Origin: Guillardia theta CCMP2712
Taxonomy: Eukaryota; Protista; Cryptophyta
NCBI RefSeq assembly: GCF_000315625.1
Contig: NW_005434632.1
Coordinates: forward strand, 33,901-97,900
DNA length: 64,000 bases
Direction of reading: 5' to 3'
The notes under the pieces were generated by a model. The model saw only the letters and a program-made list of their open reading frames with translations. It did no database searches and was not told where the DNA came from. The stretch's first letter is position 1, and each line of letters begins with the position of its first letter. Below are positions 33,001-45,185 of this stretch, piece after piece. The translations under genes and the position numbers were made by a program.

Positions 33001-34926
33001 CCTGACTAAAGGAAGAGGCTTCATGGCCGACAAGGGAGGAGGAGGTCTGGTTGGAGAAGCTGGCAGGGAAGCGATCCATGAGTAGAGAGGAAGGCATCTG
33101 CACCAGCAAGGTCATCTAGAGCCTCCCACCTTGCTCCTTGCTCGGCCACCTTCTCAACGATGGGGAGGACAGGGGAGTGATACTCGGTGAAGATGAGGAA
33201 GCATTGATCGCAGACGGCCATGCGGGAGTAGAGGAAGAGAGGGTCCTGCAGAAGCATCAGACGCTGCTGGGCCGCTGCTAGGGGCTTTCACCTTCTTGAG
33301 GATGGCGTAGTTGGAAGGGGTCAAGTTAGGATGCAGCTTCTTGAAGACTAGGGGAACAGGTTCCATCCCTTCCTCCGTCGGCGATGTCACCCTGCACTGT
33401 CTGCTCAGCGAGCGGGAATCCTGATCCCCCCACCATCACCTCTCCTCGGGGCTAGACGATTCTTGCTCAGCCGCTGGGACAAAATGGTCGTTGAGGTCAA
33501 ACTTGACCTCCTCGTCCATCCACGGCAATCTCTCTGTCGGGACTGTGAGAACGAGGAGGAGGGAGGAGAGAGAGGAGGATGAGGACAGGGTGAGGGCGAG
33601 CTACAGCCCATGATGACGCAAGTGGCCAAGAGATTTGACCTGCTTCCGAGGGAGCGTCTCCTTTCCTCTGCTCGTAGAACTCGATGACCATCTTGTACGT
33701 GACTTCACATCTCCTGCTCTTGTCAACAACCTGGCGGAAAGTCATCTGCCGTCTCCTCCTCCTCCTCCTCCTCCTCCTCCTCCTCCTCACTTCTTCCACC
33801 CCCCCCCGCACGCATAAATCAAGAACTTGAACTTGTCCTCACCTTAGCGCAACGGTCGCCGTTGACGAGCAGACAGGGTCCGCAGACAAACTCTCGTTTC
33901 TTCCCATGGCCGCTGCCTCGTGACGGGACGTCTCCTCGCGGCCCAAGAAACCTCTTGATGTACTCGGGAACGGAAAGGTCCTGTAGGAAGATAACAGTGA
34001 GCAGGTTGTTGAGAAGGATAAGGGGGAGGAAGAGGACAAGGAGATTGGGGATGAGGAGAAGGAGCGATAGGTCACCGAGTGGATATCGAGCGGTGTCCTA
34101 TCTCGCAGAGTGTACGCCAGCAGGTCGTCTGGTGACAATCGCATGCTGCTACACCACAGAAACCAAACGCGGTTGTTCTCATCCACCTGAAGAAGAAGGT
34201 ATAGGGTAAGGACGAGAGGAAGGGGAGAGACGAGGCAACCTTGAAGTGCAGGACCATCCTGGAGATGTGCGAGGCTTGCCCTTGCGCGTTGAGGTGAGAG
34301 GAGCAGTGAGTTACGATGCTCTCGCAGATCCGTTGGATCTGAGATCCGAGCATGGTGTCGGTAACAGTCAAAGTATTTGAATAGTGCTCGTCGCCCTCGA
34401 ACGTTACAACCCGGTTGTGCAAATTGTGCTTCCTGTCAGACAGCTCGATCTTGTTGGTTCTCCTCTCGACATGGAACACATTCGGAGACCAGATGGCTCG
34501 ATACAGAGCGTTGCTTCCTCCCTTACTGTCCACAAACCGCTGAAGTATGCCATTGTTCTCTTTGTCGTAGTTGTAGAGAAACTCCCTCAGACCGTCATAG
34601 TCGAAGTGCTCGATGGTTGTCTTGCATCCAGTCACGCTGTTGACGCTGCAGATGTAGTATGCAACGATCTCACAGCTCGAGTGTCCGGGCTTGCTGCTCA
34701 GAGCTTCTTCTACCTTGATGTTGCCCAGGTTGCTTTTGTTCTTCATCTTGATGCCGGCAGCTGGATCCCTGGAGGTGAAATACCAGTAGGCTGGCTGCCT
34801 GTACTTGTACACAATGGTGTCTGGAATGTTGACAAGAGGACACGACTTCTTGGCATGGTTCTTGCTCCAGAGGTAGTGGAACAGTCCGGTGACGCACCCG
34901 TCTCCTCCTAACTCAAACCCCTCCAT
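29442..34926 (-). CDS. Large uncharacterised protein: globular N-terminal domain plus long Glu-rich C-terminus
   Basis: ATG 34926 MEGFELGGDG...YLWSK...IPDTIVY...PAYWYF...NGILQRFV. Several GT-AG introns follow. The terminal exon is acidic, with AEAADGARKAQEEEQE repeats. The linkage of the exons is inferred. Confidence 0.6.
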
Positions 34927-35114
34927 CTCTCTTTCCCTACCTCGCTCAGAACTTGTCAAACTCAGGTGAGCACTGGCTTGTCTGGATGCTAACGACTATC
35001 TTCTCCTACTGAGCTCTTCCTCCTTCTTCATCCTCCCACCGTCACCGCTCCCGCTCCCAACCGCATGAAAGCTTTCCGTTAGTTTCTTCCGTTATCGCAA
35101 AATGTAACGGCCAA

Positions 35115-35625
35115 CGAGGGCTGAGTGGCCGCCGGGTGCCAACCTCCGACTCGGTGATCGGACCCGGCCCGGGCCGCCATAGTCACTCCCCGGGCCGCCC
35201 GGCCTCAGCGGGGGAACTGTATAATCAACCGGCCTTATTACCACTGAGGCCCAAGCGGCAGGGTGAGCCCACCGGGGGCCGGCCCCGTAACGCCGCCGCC
35301 GCCACTCCGCCGGCCGCGGGCGGAGTGACTCAGTGACTCGGGCGCCGCGGGCCGAGCCCGCCGGTGACTGCGGCCGCGGGGGCGGGCTACCGTTCAAAGC
35401 TGCAGTGCCGGGGGCCCCCGGGCCCCGCCTCACGGCCGTACAGACGCACTGCGGCCGCCCCGACCCCCCCCGGGCCCGGCCCGCCGTCAGCCTCGGCACA
35501 GTGACACACGCGGGGCCGGCCGCCCGGCCGGGCGCCGGGCGGCAGGCCGGGGCCTGATCGGACTCCGACTCGGGGCTCGGACCGCCGGGCCGAAGCGGGC
35601 CTCCGGCGGCGCGCCCGCGCGTGAC
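35115..35625. other. GC-rich patchwork sequence block, non-coding
   Basis: Mosaic of GACTC, GGCCCGG, GTGAC and GATCGG words. The same texture occurs at 1075-1140, 1270-1500, 16480-16775 and 17695-17860. Confidence 0.6.
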
Positions 35626-35959
35626 TTTACTCAACTTAAAGTTAAGTTAAAAATCAGTACGAGGACACTGTGACACTAGTGAGCAGCTACGAGTCGCGGT
35701 AGTGACCAATGCAGTTTACCGTCACTTTGGGGGTAGTGGGGTACTGAAACATGGTGAACCAGGGGTACTATAAGGGATGACGAATGCCGAAAGATAGAAG
35801 AAGACACTGCGGCAGTGCGAGCAAGAGGAGCGAGAGGAAGGGAAACAAGAGACGCTAGCAGCAACCTGACCCCACAACACCCTCACTCTCTCCTCCTCAT
35901 CCACCATACACGTTTTCTTGTCTTGTCGTGTCCTAGCCTACCTCGCTCGTTCTCAGTTC

Positions 35960-38250
35960 ATCGATGCTCACCGGTGTTATAGACTTCAGTCAAGCATCTT
36001 TGTGGCTGCAACATGTTGGCTCTGAGCTGACTCAACATGGTCAGGATGGGGTGCAAGTGGTCGTCCAACTCAGAATTCCACGAGTATCCGGAGGACTTGG
36101 AGATAGATCCGATAGAGGAGCACTTGCATCTCAAGACCTGGAAGGACCCGGCCAACAGACTTCGAATCCACAAGTCCGAGCATGCGCAAGCTGCGAGCAG
36201 CACGTTGGACAAGGTGAGATCTTGAATTGAAGTTCCGATCGTTGACAAGCTGCTCATCACAGAGTCGCTTCTTGGAAACGTTCTTGAACGATGACACAAG
36301 TCATAAGCCTCCCCCAGCAACCCGCGACGAGCAAGCGCACAACGAGCACAAGAATGTTCCAAGAGAAGACGCCAACCCTGACGGGCCCATCTCGACTCAG
36401 ACCGTGAAGCCCGACGACGCTGACAAGATATACCTGAATCAGGTGTTGAGGACCAGAAGTCACCGTCGACCTTACATCGTCATATGCAGGATTCCCGTCG
36501 AAAGGCATACTTGCGGTCGCTGGACCCGGAGTGATGCATGCATGCGCAGAGATGAGCGATGGTGACGTGCTGGGCAGGTGCTGGCTAGAGTTGGTGAAGC
36601 AAGGATACTTCCAGAAAGCAGAAGACCTGATCAGCGAGGCATCGGAATTGGTCCCGGGGCTCCTGCTGTGGTCTTGGCTCGTTGACGCCTTGCCAGGAGC
36701 TGAAGGAGAACGACGAGTCGTTGAGATATGGGAGATTTGTTCACTCCCTGGGGGCGATCTACGACTACAGGAGCAATATCGACGTGACTGGCCAACAGCA
36801 GTACCTCTCACTCAAGTCTGCCAAGGTACATCTTGCGATGAGAGACGCCATGTTGAGAGCGTTTCTAGTATGCTCAACGCGCTTCCATGGTGTTTCGCCA
36901 GCTGCTCGCCAGCGTCACATCTGAGTCCATGCGGTTCCGTAGCCTTGACGTCCGACTCGATGTCTGACGGGGACGTGAGGCAGAGCGCGGCTAGAAGACT
37001 ATCTCGCCTCGTCGCTGCTCATGCAAGGCAAGAGCCTGTGCAACACGTCCTTGGACGGAGACATTGAGGTGAGACATGCTGCACTCGAGCTCTCGCTCAC
37101 CCCCATGCAGGACTTGACCTGCGCAGACGCCTTCACGATGGTGTTGCGGCTGCTGATCCAGCGCATTGAGAGGTTGACATAAGCTGCAGGCTGAGCAGTC
37201 GATAAAAGAAGCCAAGGACCTTAGGAAGAAGCTCCAGCACAAGCAGCTGCCTGAGGCGATCATGGCCGGTAGACGAGGCTGCATCTCAGTCTTGCCTTTG
37301 ACTTGTCCTTACAGTCGGCTATGTGCACTACTGCAGAGCTGGATGTATACTAAGCGGCAAGTCTAAGCATGACAGGACGGTAGGACGATTCAAACTATAT
37401 GTACTTGTTCTCAGTGATAGGATGGTTCAAACTACATGTACGTGTGCTCAGTGACCTTTGATGGCAGGTCGCTCAATTAGAAGCGGAATACTTGAATGCG
37501 CTGGAGAGCTATCAAGAGTCGCTGGATCATTATCTAATGGGGTAGGATACGCCTGCTCGTGATGCGAGGCTGACATGCGAGGGTCTAGAGCAGGTGAGGA
37601 GCACACAGATTCAATCAGAATGCGATGCAACATCGCGCTAGTCTACAACGTTATGAGCCGAATCCCTTGCGAGAAGAGGTGAGGCGATCTGAAATCGACA
37701 TGGTTGTTGATCGTATACAACAGCCTTGAATACCTTGAAGAAGCAGAGAAGCAATATTGCAAGGTGCTCGCACTTCAGGTATCTCGCTGATAGTCATGTC
37801 GGGTGAAGCCTTGTGATCTCGCTTGCTGTGCAGGAATCTTTGTTCGGAAGAAGACACCAGCGAACTCAAAGGATCCAACAAGATCTCAAGGGCGTGCGAG
37901 AGAGATTGAGCAAACTGTACCTTCTCCTCGCTCTGTGATCCGAGCATGATGGCCTGACAGGAGGTCGGAGAGAGATCCCGGTCCTGTGAATCCACATAGC
38001 ACTGAGAGCGGGAGCCATCAAGACTCGGATAGCCTGCTGGAGGAGGTGAAATGCTCCTGCATCTCTCCTCCTCCTATTCCTTCTGAAACCTCTGCGCGAG
38101 CAGTTCCTGCTGGCTCGTCGGTTAGAGCGATCTATAGAGAAGCAGGTGCAAGCACGCTGATGACTGAGACGTGCTCACAACTAGTCAGGCGGCTTGTCCG
38201 TCAGCTCCTGGAAGCCTCTGATCGACTGCTGTACAAACATGTGTTGTGAT
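35960..38250 (+). CDS. Probable multi-exon helical-repeat (TPR-like) protein
   Basis: Fragments LVKQGYFQKAEDLISEA, FVHSLGAIYDYR and RCNIALVYNVM separated by short introns. The structure was not resolved. Confidence 0.3.
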
Positions 38251-38325
38251 CGACTGCTGTACAAACATGTGTTGTGATCGACTGCTGTACAAACATGTGT
38301 TGTGATCGACTGCTGTACAAACATT
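38219..38325. repeat. 28-bp tandem repeat, about 4 copies
   Basis: tgatcgactgctgtacaaacatgtgttg head-to-tail. Confidence 0.92.
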
Positions 38326-38700
38326 TGTCTTGACTCTACCCGGGAGATCTGAGAGAGTCGTCAACTTAAATGAATGAATTGAAGCATTGCCCTCATCCCC
38401 CAATTACCCCACCCCAGGCTACCACCCTACCAACCCCTTCCTCTAAATCTCATGCTGCAAGTACCCCTCCTCCCCTCCTCACCCTATCTTGACGGCAACC
38501 GCATGCCACAGTGACGCGAGGAGGGCGACGTCCCCTCCTCCCCAATCATCTTCGAGGAGCATTTCCCATGCTCCGACGCTTTCGGAGATCACAACTTGCT
38601 TCCCTGCTCTCTGCTCGTCAAGACATACTCCCCTCATGAACCTCCACCTCGAAGAGCTTTCCACTTGGCCAATATGTGAAGAGAACAAAGAGCTGACTGC

Positions 38701-41700
38701 ATGAAAACAACATTCGATATGACTGCTCTTTCACAATGGTTGCATTATCACGTTCTTCTCGTACAATTGTTGTTTGCATGCGTGGAGTGCATAAACTTTA
38801 CACTTCAATCCGGGCACGGCAGCATCGTGTATTCTGGACTGTATCAGATCAAACCGTTGAATTTGAGTTTGGTCCCGCGAGGAGCTTACACTTCTTCTGC
38901 TTCACTGGATGCATGCTTAAAAGATAAGACTGGATGTCTTCAGCTAAAGATTGCGAGCGAGAAGTCATCTACAATTTTTGTAGTTCCAACCGTCTATAGC
39001 GCTGTTGCCGCAACAAGCACAGCATGTCTGAGCACGGCAGATTCAATCACATTGTTCGACAAGTACAATATCACACCTTGCGACGTTGATTGCCGAACGC
39101 AGCCAGCATTCATCCTCGCAATGATGCAGAAGTTTGCTGGAATCGCCGAGTACAACAATGTCTTTACCAGCAATGCGTTTCCATCGGCATACTGCACCTT
39201 GCTGCCATCTTACACGTCTGTCTGGACGCCGATCGACACGGCCACTTCCATGATCGCCTCTCTCTCGTTTGTGGAGATGGATTTGCAGTGCAGCAAGAAT
39301 CTCAACCGCGTCAACGTTGGCTGCGACGTGCTCACATTTCAGGTCTACACTCAGGAGTTTGCGAGCCCAATTCCGTTTGCTCTGACGAGCTATGTGTCGA
39401 TCACTGACCCCAACTTGCCTCCTGTCTTGAGCGGCAACATCGGACTCCAAGATCTCCCGATAGGATACGAGGCCGCTCTCAGTCCCCTCTCCATGCAGGA
39501 CCCTGAGGCGGACTTCGTGACTCTCACCGTCCTGACCTCTGGCCTCGCTAGGATCTCCGACGTCTATGACCCGCCTCCAGCTGACCCCCTGCTCTACTCC
39601 ATTCCTAAGTTTGTTCCTCAGTTCCTGGTCGGAGCCTTCAACCAGTCTCTCCCTCACATCGTCTTGAACGTCACGCAAGCGCAGGCCAACCGAGCTCTTG
39701 CCGCCATGCACTTCCAGTCCCACCAGCTCGGTACGGAGTACCTGTATGTCGCTATCAACGATCAAGGACGCTCAGGCTTCCCGCTCATCGATCCGACTCT
39801 CACGAGCGCTCTCAACTTCTTGCTGGTCGTGAAGCCTCTGCTTGTCCCTCCAGTCGTTGAGATCCGCAACACCGACGAGTCCTGGAGGTTCCCCTGGAGG
39901 CCTGGAGTCAGCTACCTCAAGAACGGAGCTGCCAGCACCATCGGCGATGACTTCTTCCCCTGCGGAGGGGACACGGTGGCTGGCGACGTCAGGTTCTCCA
40001 ACAATGGCACAGGAGGCACCTCCTCGCAGATCGGATGGTACGGGCAGCTTCCTGCCGGCGATGGCAGCTCAGCGCAGCTCAAGCGCGACTGCCAGCGACA
40101 TCCTGACACGTTCTGGTCGCCGGCTGGGAAAGCCATGTACCTGACGCTGGACGAGGGGGGGAAGGGGCGAGTGTTTCTGCAGCTCAACGCCAGCTCCTCC
40201 CCCTGCAACGAAACCAACCTCTGGAAAGTGACTATCGCCATCCAGAACGCGAACTACTCCCGAACAAACATCCCCGAAGCCAATGTTACAGGATATCACA
40301 TGGACTGGTTTGAATGCCGTGCAGGAAGATGGTTCTGTGACGTTCGGAACCCTTACATGACGCTCAACAACGAGACCGGGTCTGTCGGACGGTTGACGTT
40401 CCATTATGATCAGCAGCACCGACACCTGGGGACGGGAGTGAAGGACTACAGAATGACCTTCACTGGGACCCATCAAGACGTCTTGGACTCCATCAATAAC
40501 ATCACCGTCGTCTTCCCTTGGCTGGATGAAACCTACGATGGTTCTGATAGAGTTCCTGCCGTCAGCTTCCAGTGCCCGTCTTCCATCTGTGGTATGATGC
40601 AGTTAGCAGAGATGTAGGAGTGGAAGGTGGACGTTGAGATGGGGATCGAGAAGGAGGTGGAGGTGAAGATTGAGATTATCCCAGTAGAGGTGGTTGTCGT
40701 AACGGTGGTGGTAACGCTGCGATCAGGTTCTTCTGCTGGATCTGGTTACACACAGAAATCTCCGTGGCCGTTTCAGTCTTGGCCGAGGTAGGAGGAAGGC
40801 GATGGGGGCGGAGGAGGGACTGAAGAGCTCACAGGACGGGAAGGACCTTGTATGGCAGTAACATCCTTCGGGTGCGCATCGAGGATGTCCCTGCCCTGCA
40901 CGACTACATCCAGGAGACCAACGTCATGTGGCTCCCCCAGGGCTTGTATCGCCTCGAGAGGGTGGACACCCTAGCAGTCGCCCAGCAGATCTGCGATGCG
41001 GACCTGACGTGCGCGGGCTTCCAGTACTTGATTCCTGACGTCATTGCGGGAGTCATCGAGCAGCGTCAGATCCCTTCCGTGGGCCTCGGGCAGTACTCCG
41101 GCCTTCCATGGGCTGAGCCCTACGAGCCCTTTCAGCCGGCCCTGGGCTTCTCCGATAGACCTCCCGCCAACTGGGGGCTCGGAAACTCGAACTGGGACGG
41201 GCTCGACGTGCTCAAGCAGATCGACTGGCTTTCTGCCAGCCCCTCCACGCTCCCCAACGCCTACTTCTACCGGGGTGACTTCCCGCGCGTGCCCATCGAG
41301 CCCTACAGGTACAATGGCTTAGCGTACAGCAAGCGGGTCAAGACCTCGAGGTGCCTGGGGCCCTTCCCGCACACGGAGGTGCTGCTGGACGTGCGAGTCC
41401 TCACCGAGCCTCTCAACCAGCCCCCCCTCCTCACCACCCAGAAGCAGGCCTGGAAGATACAGAAGGCGTACCAGTTCCGACTCGGAGGGCTGTCGCTCTA
41501 CGACTCGGACGCCATGTGGTCCGGGGGTCTGATGGAAGTGACCTTCTCGGCGACCCGGGGCGCCTTCACCAACCTCAACGCCAACCAGCTCAGCTACCTC
41601 AACGGCACCGGAACTCAAGACGCCTTGTTCCAACGTTTCCTCTGCTCTTACCGAGCTTGTCAGAACGCGATTCAGAACATCTACTACCTGGTGAGTTGAC

Positions 41701-44700
41701 CGAGTTGTCGCTTCTTCTGACTTGATCTTCTCAGAGCGCGGACACCTTCGGTTCCGACACCATCACCTTGCGGGTCAACGACCGGGGCAACTCCGGAGAG
41801 CTCGGGGCCTTGACGGCGGCCATCAGCATCTCGTTGACGCTCGTGGCGGGGCCGTACAATGTCCCTCCCTTCATTATCCTCCCGGGCTCGTCGACCTACT
41901 CGGTCTTCCCCGGGAAGAGGGTCTACATCAAGGGGATCAAGGTAGGCGACGTCGACCTCAACAAGCCCAGGTGGGACAAGGTGCAGGCGCAGGGCTACAT
42001 GACGGCGACGTTGAGCATTGGCAAGGGCTTCTTCGACCTCACGAGGGTTCGAAGTTACGGACAGAGGAGCCTCCTCCTCGGTACCCCCGACGGATCTCCA
42101 GATCCAGACTGCCCATGTCCCCAGCAGGGGTCCTGCCCCTGCAACAAGTGCACGCTGACCAACTACTGCAAGATCTCGGGCCTCCTGCCGGACGTTCAGT
42201 GGGCCCTGGAGGAAGTGACGGTCTTCTTCGGTCTAGAGAACGTTGACATCAGCAGCGTCGTGCAGACTTTGCTCACACTGACCGTCAACGACAACTGCAA
42301 CACCGGGTTCTCCGACGACTCGGGGGTGCAGAAACCCTGCCTGACCGCCTCAGCCTCCATCACAATCGAGATTCTTCCTCGCCCGCAGAAGGAGGTCGAC
42401 TACTACACCTCGCCTGTGATCGGAGTGGATCAAACCATGGGCTACATCCAGTCATGGCAAAGTGGGCAGGTCGTCCTGGCAGAGAACGCCTCCTCCGTTG
42501 ACAACACCTACAACGGCCTCCAGCTCACCATAGTCGCCGGCAGTGCAGCTGTAAGCTCTCCCTGCCCCCCCTCCTTGTGCTTGTCTGAAGAGACTGGCAG
42601 GGGCTGTCAGCCACCATCTCCTCCTACGTCGGTTCAACTCGCACCGCTAGCATCGGGATGCTGAGTCAAGTCCCCGACAACACCAGCATGTATTCCATCA
42701 ACTGCGGGACCGAGCAGCTGCCGTGCAAGTGAGGGAGCAGGGTGAGGGTGAGGTGCAGCAGCCGCTGACGACTGGCAGCTCATTGCGTCAAGTGCTGGTA
42801 GAAGCGAGTCAGAACGGGCGGATCTTTGCCTTGCCCGGTACTTACTCGGGAGAGGTGAGAGCGGGGAGCCTGTCACGACAAGTGCTGACGAGCTGCAGCT
42901 CAACTACGGCCTTGACTTCAGTCAGAAGACTCTTTCCCTCACGAGCACCGAGGGCCCCAACAACACCATCATCGACTGTGGCGGGCAAGGGCCTGTCGGC
43001 ATCTTCACTCCGTCCAGCGACATCCTGGTGGCTATCCAAGGCTTCACCATCCAAGGATGCGCCGCTCAGGTACCGCCAGGTCGCGGTTGTGCCGTCTGCG
43101 ATGACGAGGAGCAGGACGGAGGAGCTCTTGTGTTCCGTCGGGTCATCCCAGATCGAGTTGGGTCCGTCAATGCTCAAGGAGCCGTCGGAGGCTGCTCGCT
43201 AGCTCTCCTTCCTTCCAGTCCCACCGGGCAGTGCAAGTACCTCCTCCTCCCGCACTTCCTCGTGGTCTTACCTGCTCTTCAGGATGAGTCCTGTGCTCAC
43301 CGACTGCTGGTTCCGCTCCCACCAGGCCTCTCAGTTCGGCGGATCCTTGTACATGAAGGATGGACGCGCCTTGTTCGTGCGGTGTAACTTCACCGACAAC
43401 ACTGCCAGCTCCGGTGGTGACCTGCGTGTTGCAGGAGACAAGGTTGTGCTGACGCGTGGGCGACAGGAGGAGCTGTGTACTCTAGAGGAGGAGAAGCTCA
43501 CTTTCAGAGCTGCCGCTTCGAGAGGAATACAGCCCAGCTGAACGGGGGAGCAGTGACGCTCAACGGAGGACAACTGAGCTTTCGATCGTGCGTCTTCTCG
43601 GGAAACGTGGCGATCAACAAGTAGTTGAGGAGAGGAGGAGAGAGGCGGAAGAAGAGGGGGGGATAGAAGTGTATCTCTGAGATGCTTGGCAGCGGAGGAG
43701 CGGTCGCGCTGTATAGCGGCAAGTTGGATCTTATCGATACTATCTTCGAAAACAACCGAGCTGGAGGCTTCGACGGTGAGAGGAGGAGGAGGAGGATGAG
43801 GAGGAGGAGGAGGAAGGATGCTGAGGGTTTGTAGGAGCACTACATGACAAGAGTGGGACCACGTTCATTAAGAATGTCACGTACAACAATGACACCAATG
43901 GAGTCAGAGGCCTCGAGCTGTTCAACATCGTAAGATAAAGGATGATGATGATGATGATGATGATGGTGATGATGGTTGATGGTGGCGACAGTGATACCAA
44001 CGATGATACTAATGGATGACGTGGATGCGGATGCGGATGTGGATGTGGATGTTGATGTGGGTGTAGATTCTCGACATTTGACTTTTAACTGTCAATCAGG
44101 TTCCCCGTAACCCACTGCAAGGTGGAAGGTAGCAACACTCCCAGCACTTCTCATTTTCCTCTCGTCTCGTCTCGTCTCGTCTCGTCTCGTCTCGTCTCGT
44201 CTCGTCTCGTCTCGTCTCGTCTCATCTCGTCTCGTCTCATCTCGTCTCATCTCGTCTCATCTCGTCTCGTCTCCTCTCGTCTCGTCTCGTCTCGTCTCCT
44301 CTCCTGTTATTCTTTCTCTCGTATGCCATCATGGAATTTGTAAATCAACCGAAACTTTGGAAACTTCATCCGCACAAACATTGTAAACTTAAGGCAATAA
44401 ATACCCCACCCTAGAATATAGCGCATGTTTACTATAAGAAACAGGGGTACATAAAGTTTAGACTCCATAGAAACTTCCCCCGGATCCAAACTTTGCATGC
44501 CGGGCAAAGTTTGGATCCGTAGCATGGACCAATGCTGCGAATGCGGGGCATCGGGGAAGATCGAGGGATGGGCGGCAGATCACGCGGAGGTGAAGAGAAT
44601 GCGACGATCATGCGAGGAGAAGTTGCTGCCCATGATGTCTGCGACATGTCCTCCTCCTCCTGTTCCTCCTGTTCCTCCTGTTCCTCCTGTTCCTCCTGTT

Positions 44701-45185
44701 CCTCCTCTTCCTCCTCTTCCTGCTCCTCCTACTCCTACTCCTACTCCTACTCCTACTCCTGCTCCTGCTCCTGCTCCTGCTCCTGACGTGTGATCCCCGT
44801 TGTTGTACCCTTGTTTCGTCGTGACGCTGCAAAAGACGAGCTCGACCGCCGCCGCTGTCGCTGCATCAAGTTCGCTGATCCATCTGCAGGTCTGCCAAGA
44901 GAAGGAAGTTGACTGCCCGTGCAGGCATGCAGTGCCTGTGCCAGCCATGCCGCTGAGCCCTGACATGACAGGATATACGGATGCTCCGAGAGAATGGCCA
45001 GGAAGAAGGTGAGAGGAGCGGGAGGAGCGGGAGGAGCGGGATGGAGGGGGAGGGCATGGAGGGATCATGTGACGGCATTGTCGACCGTCTTGTCAGATTC
45101 TCTCGCATCTTCCTTACTGCAAGGCAGCTGGTGTCAAGTGCTGCTTCGCAAGGTCCCAACAGGATCCCTGCTCCCCACCAGCTGA
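38701..45185 (+). CDS. Large secreted/surface protein with cadherin-like domains and beta-helix (GGA / FxxN) repeats
   Basis: N-terminal hydrophobic stretch. Repeated module ends INDQGRSG, VNDRGNSG and VNDNCNTG. Later exons give CNFTDNTASSGG, FERNTAQLNGGAV and FSGNVA. The 3' end is approximate. Confidence 0.65.

Noticed and set aside
35092-35634. 180-aa Arg/Pro/Gly ORF
   Set aside because: A product of GC-rich patchwork DNA that lacks stop codons; no motifs.
38219-38325. 28-bp repeat as CRISPR
   Set aside because: No spacers; a simple tandem duplication.
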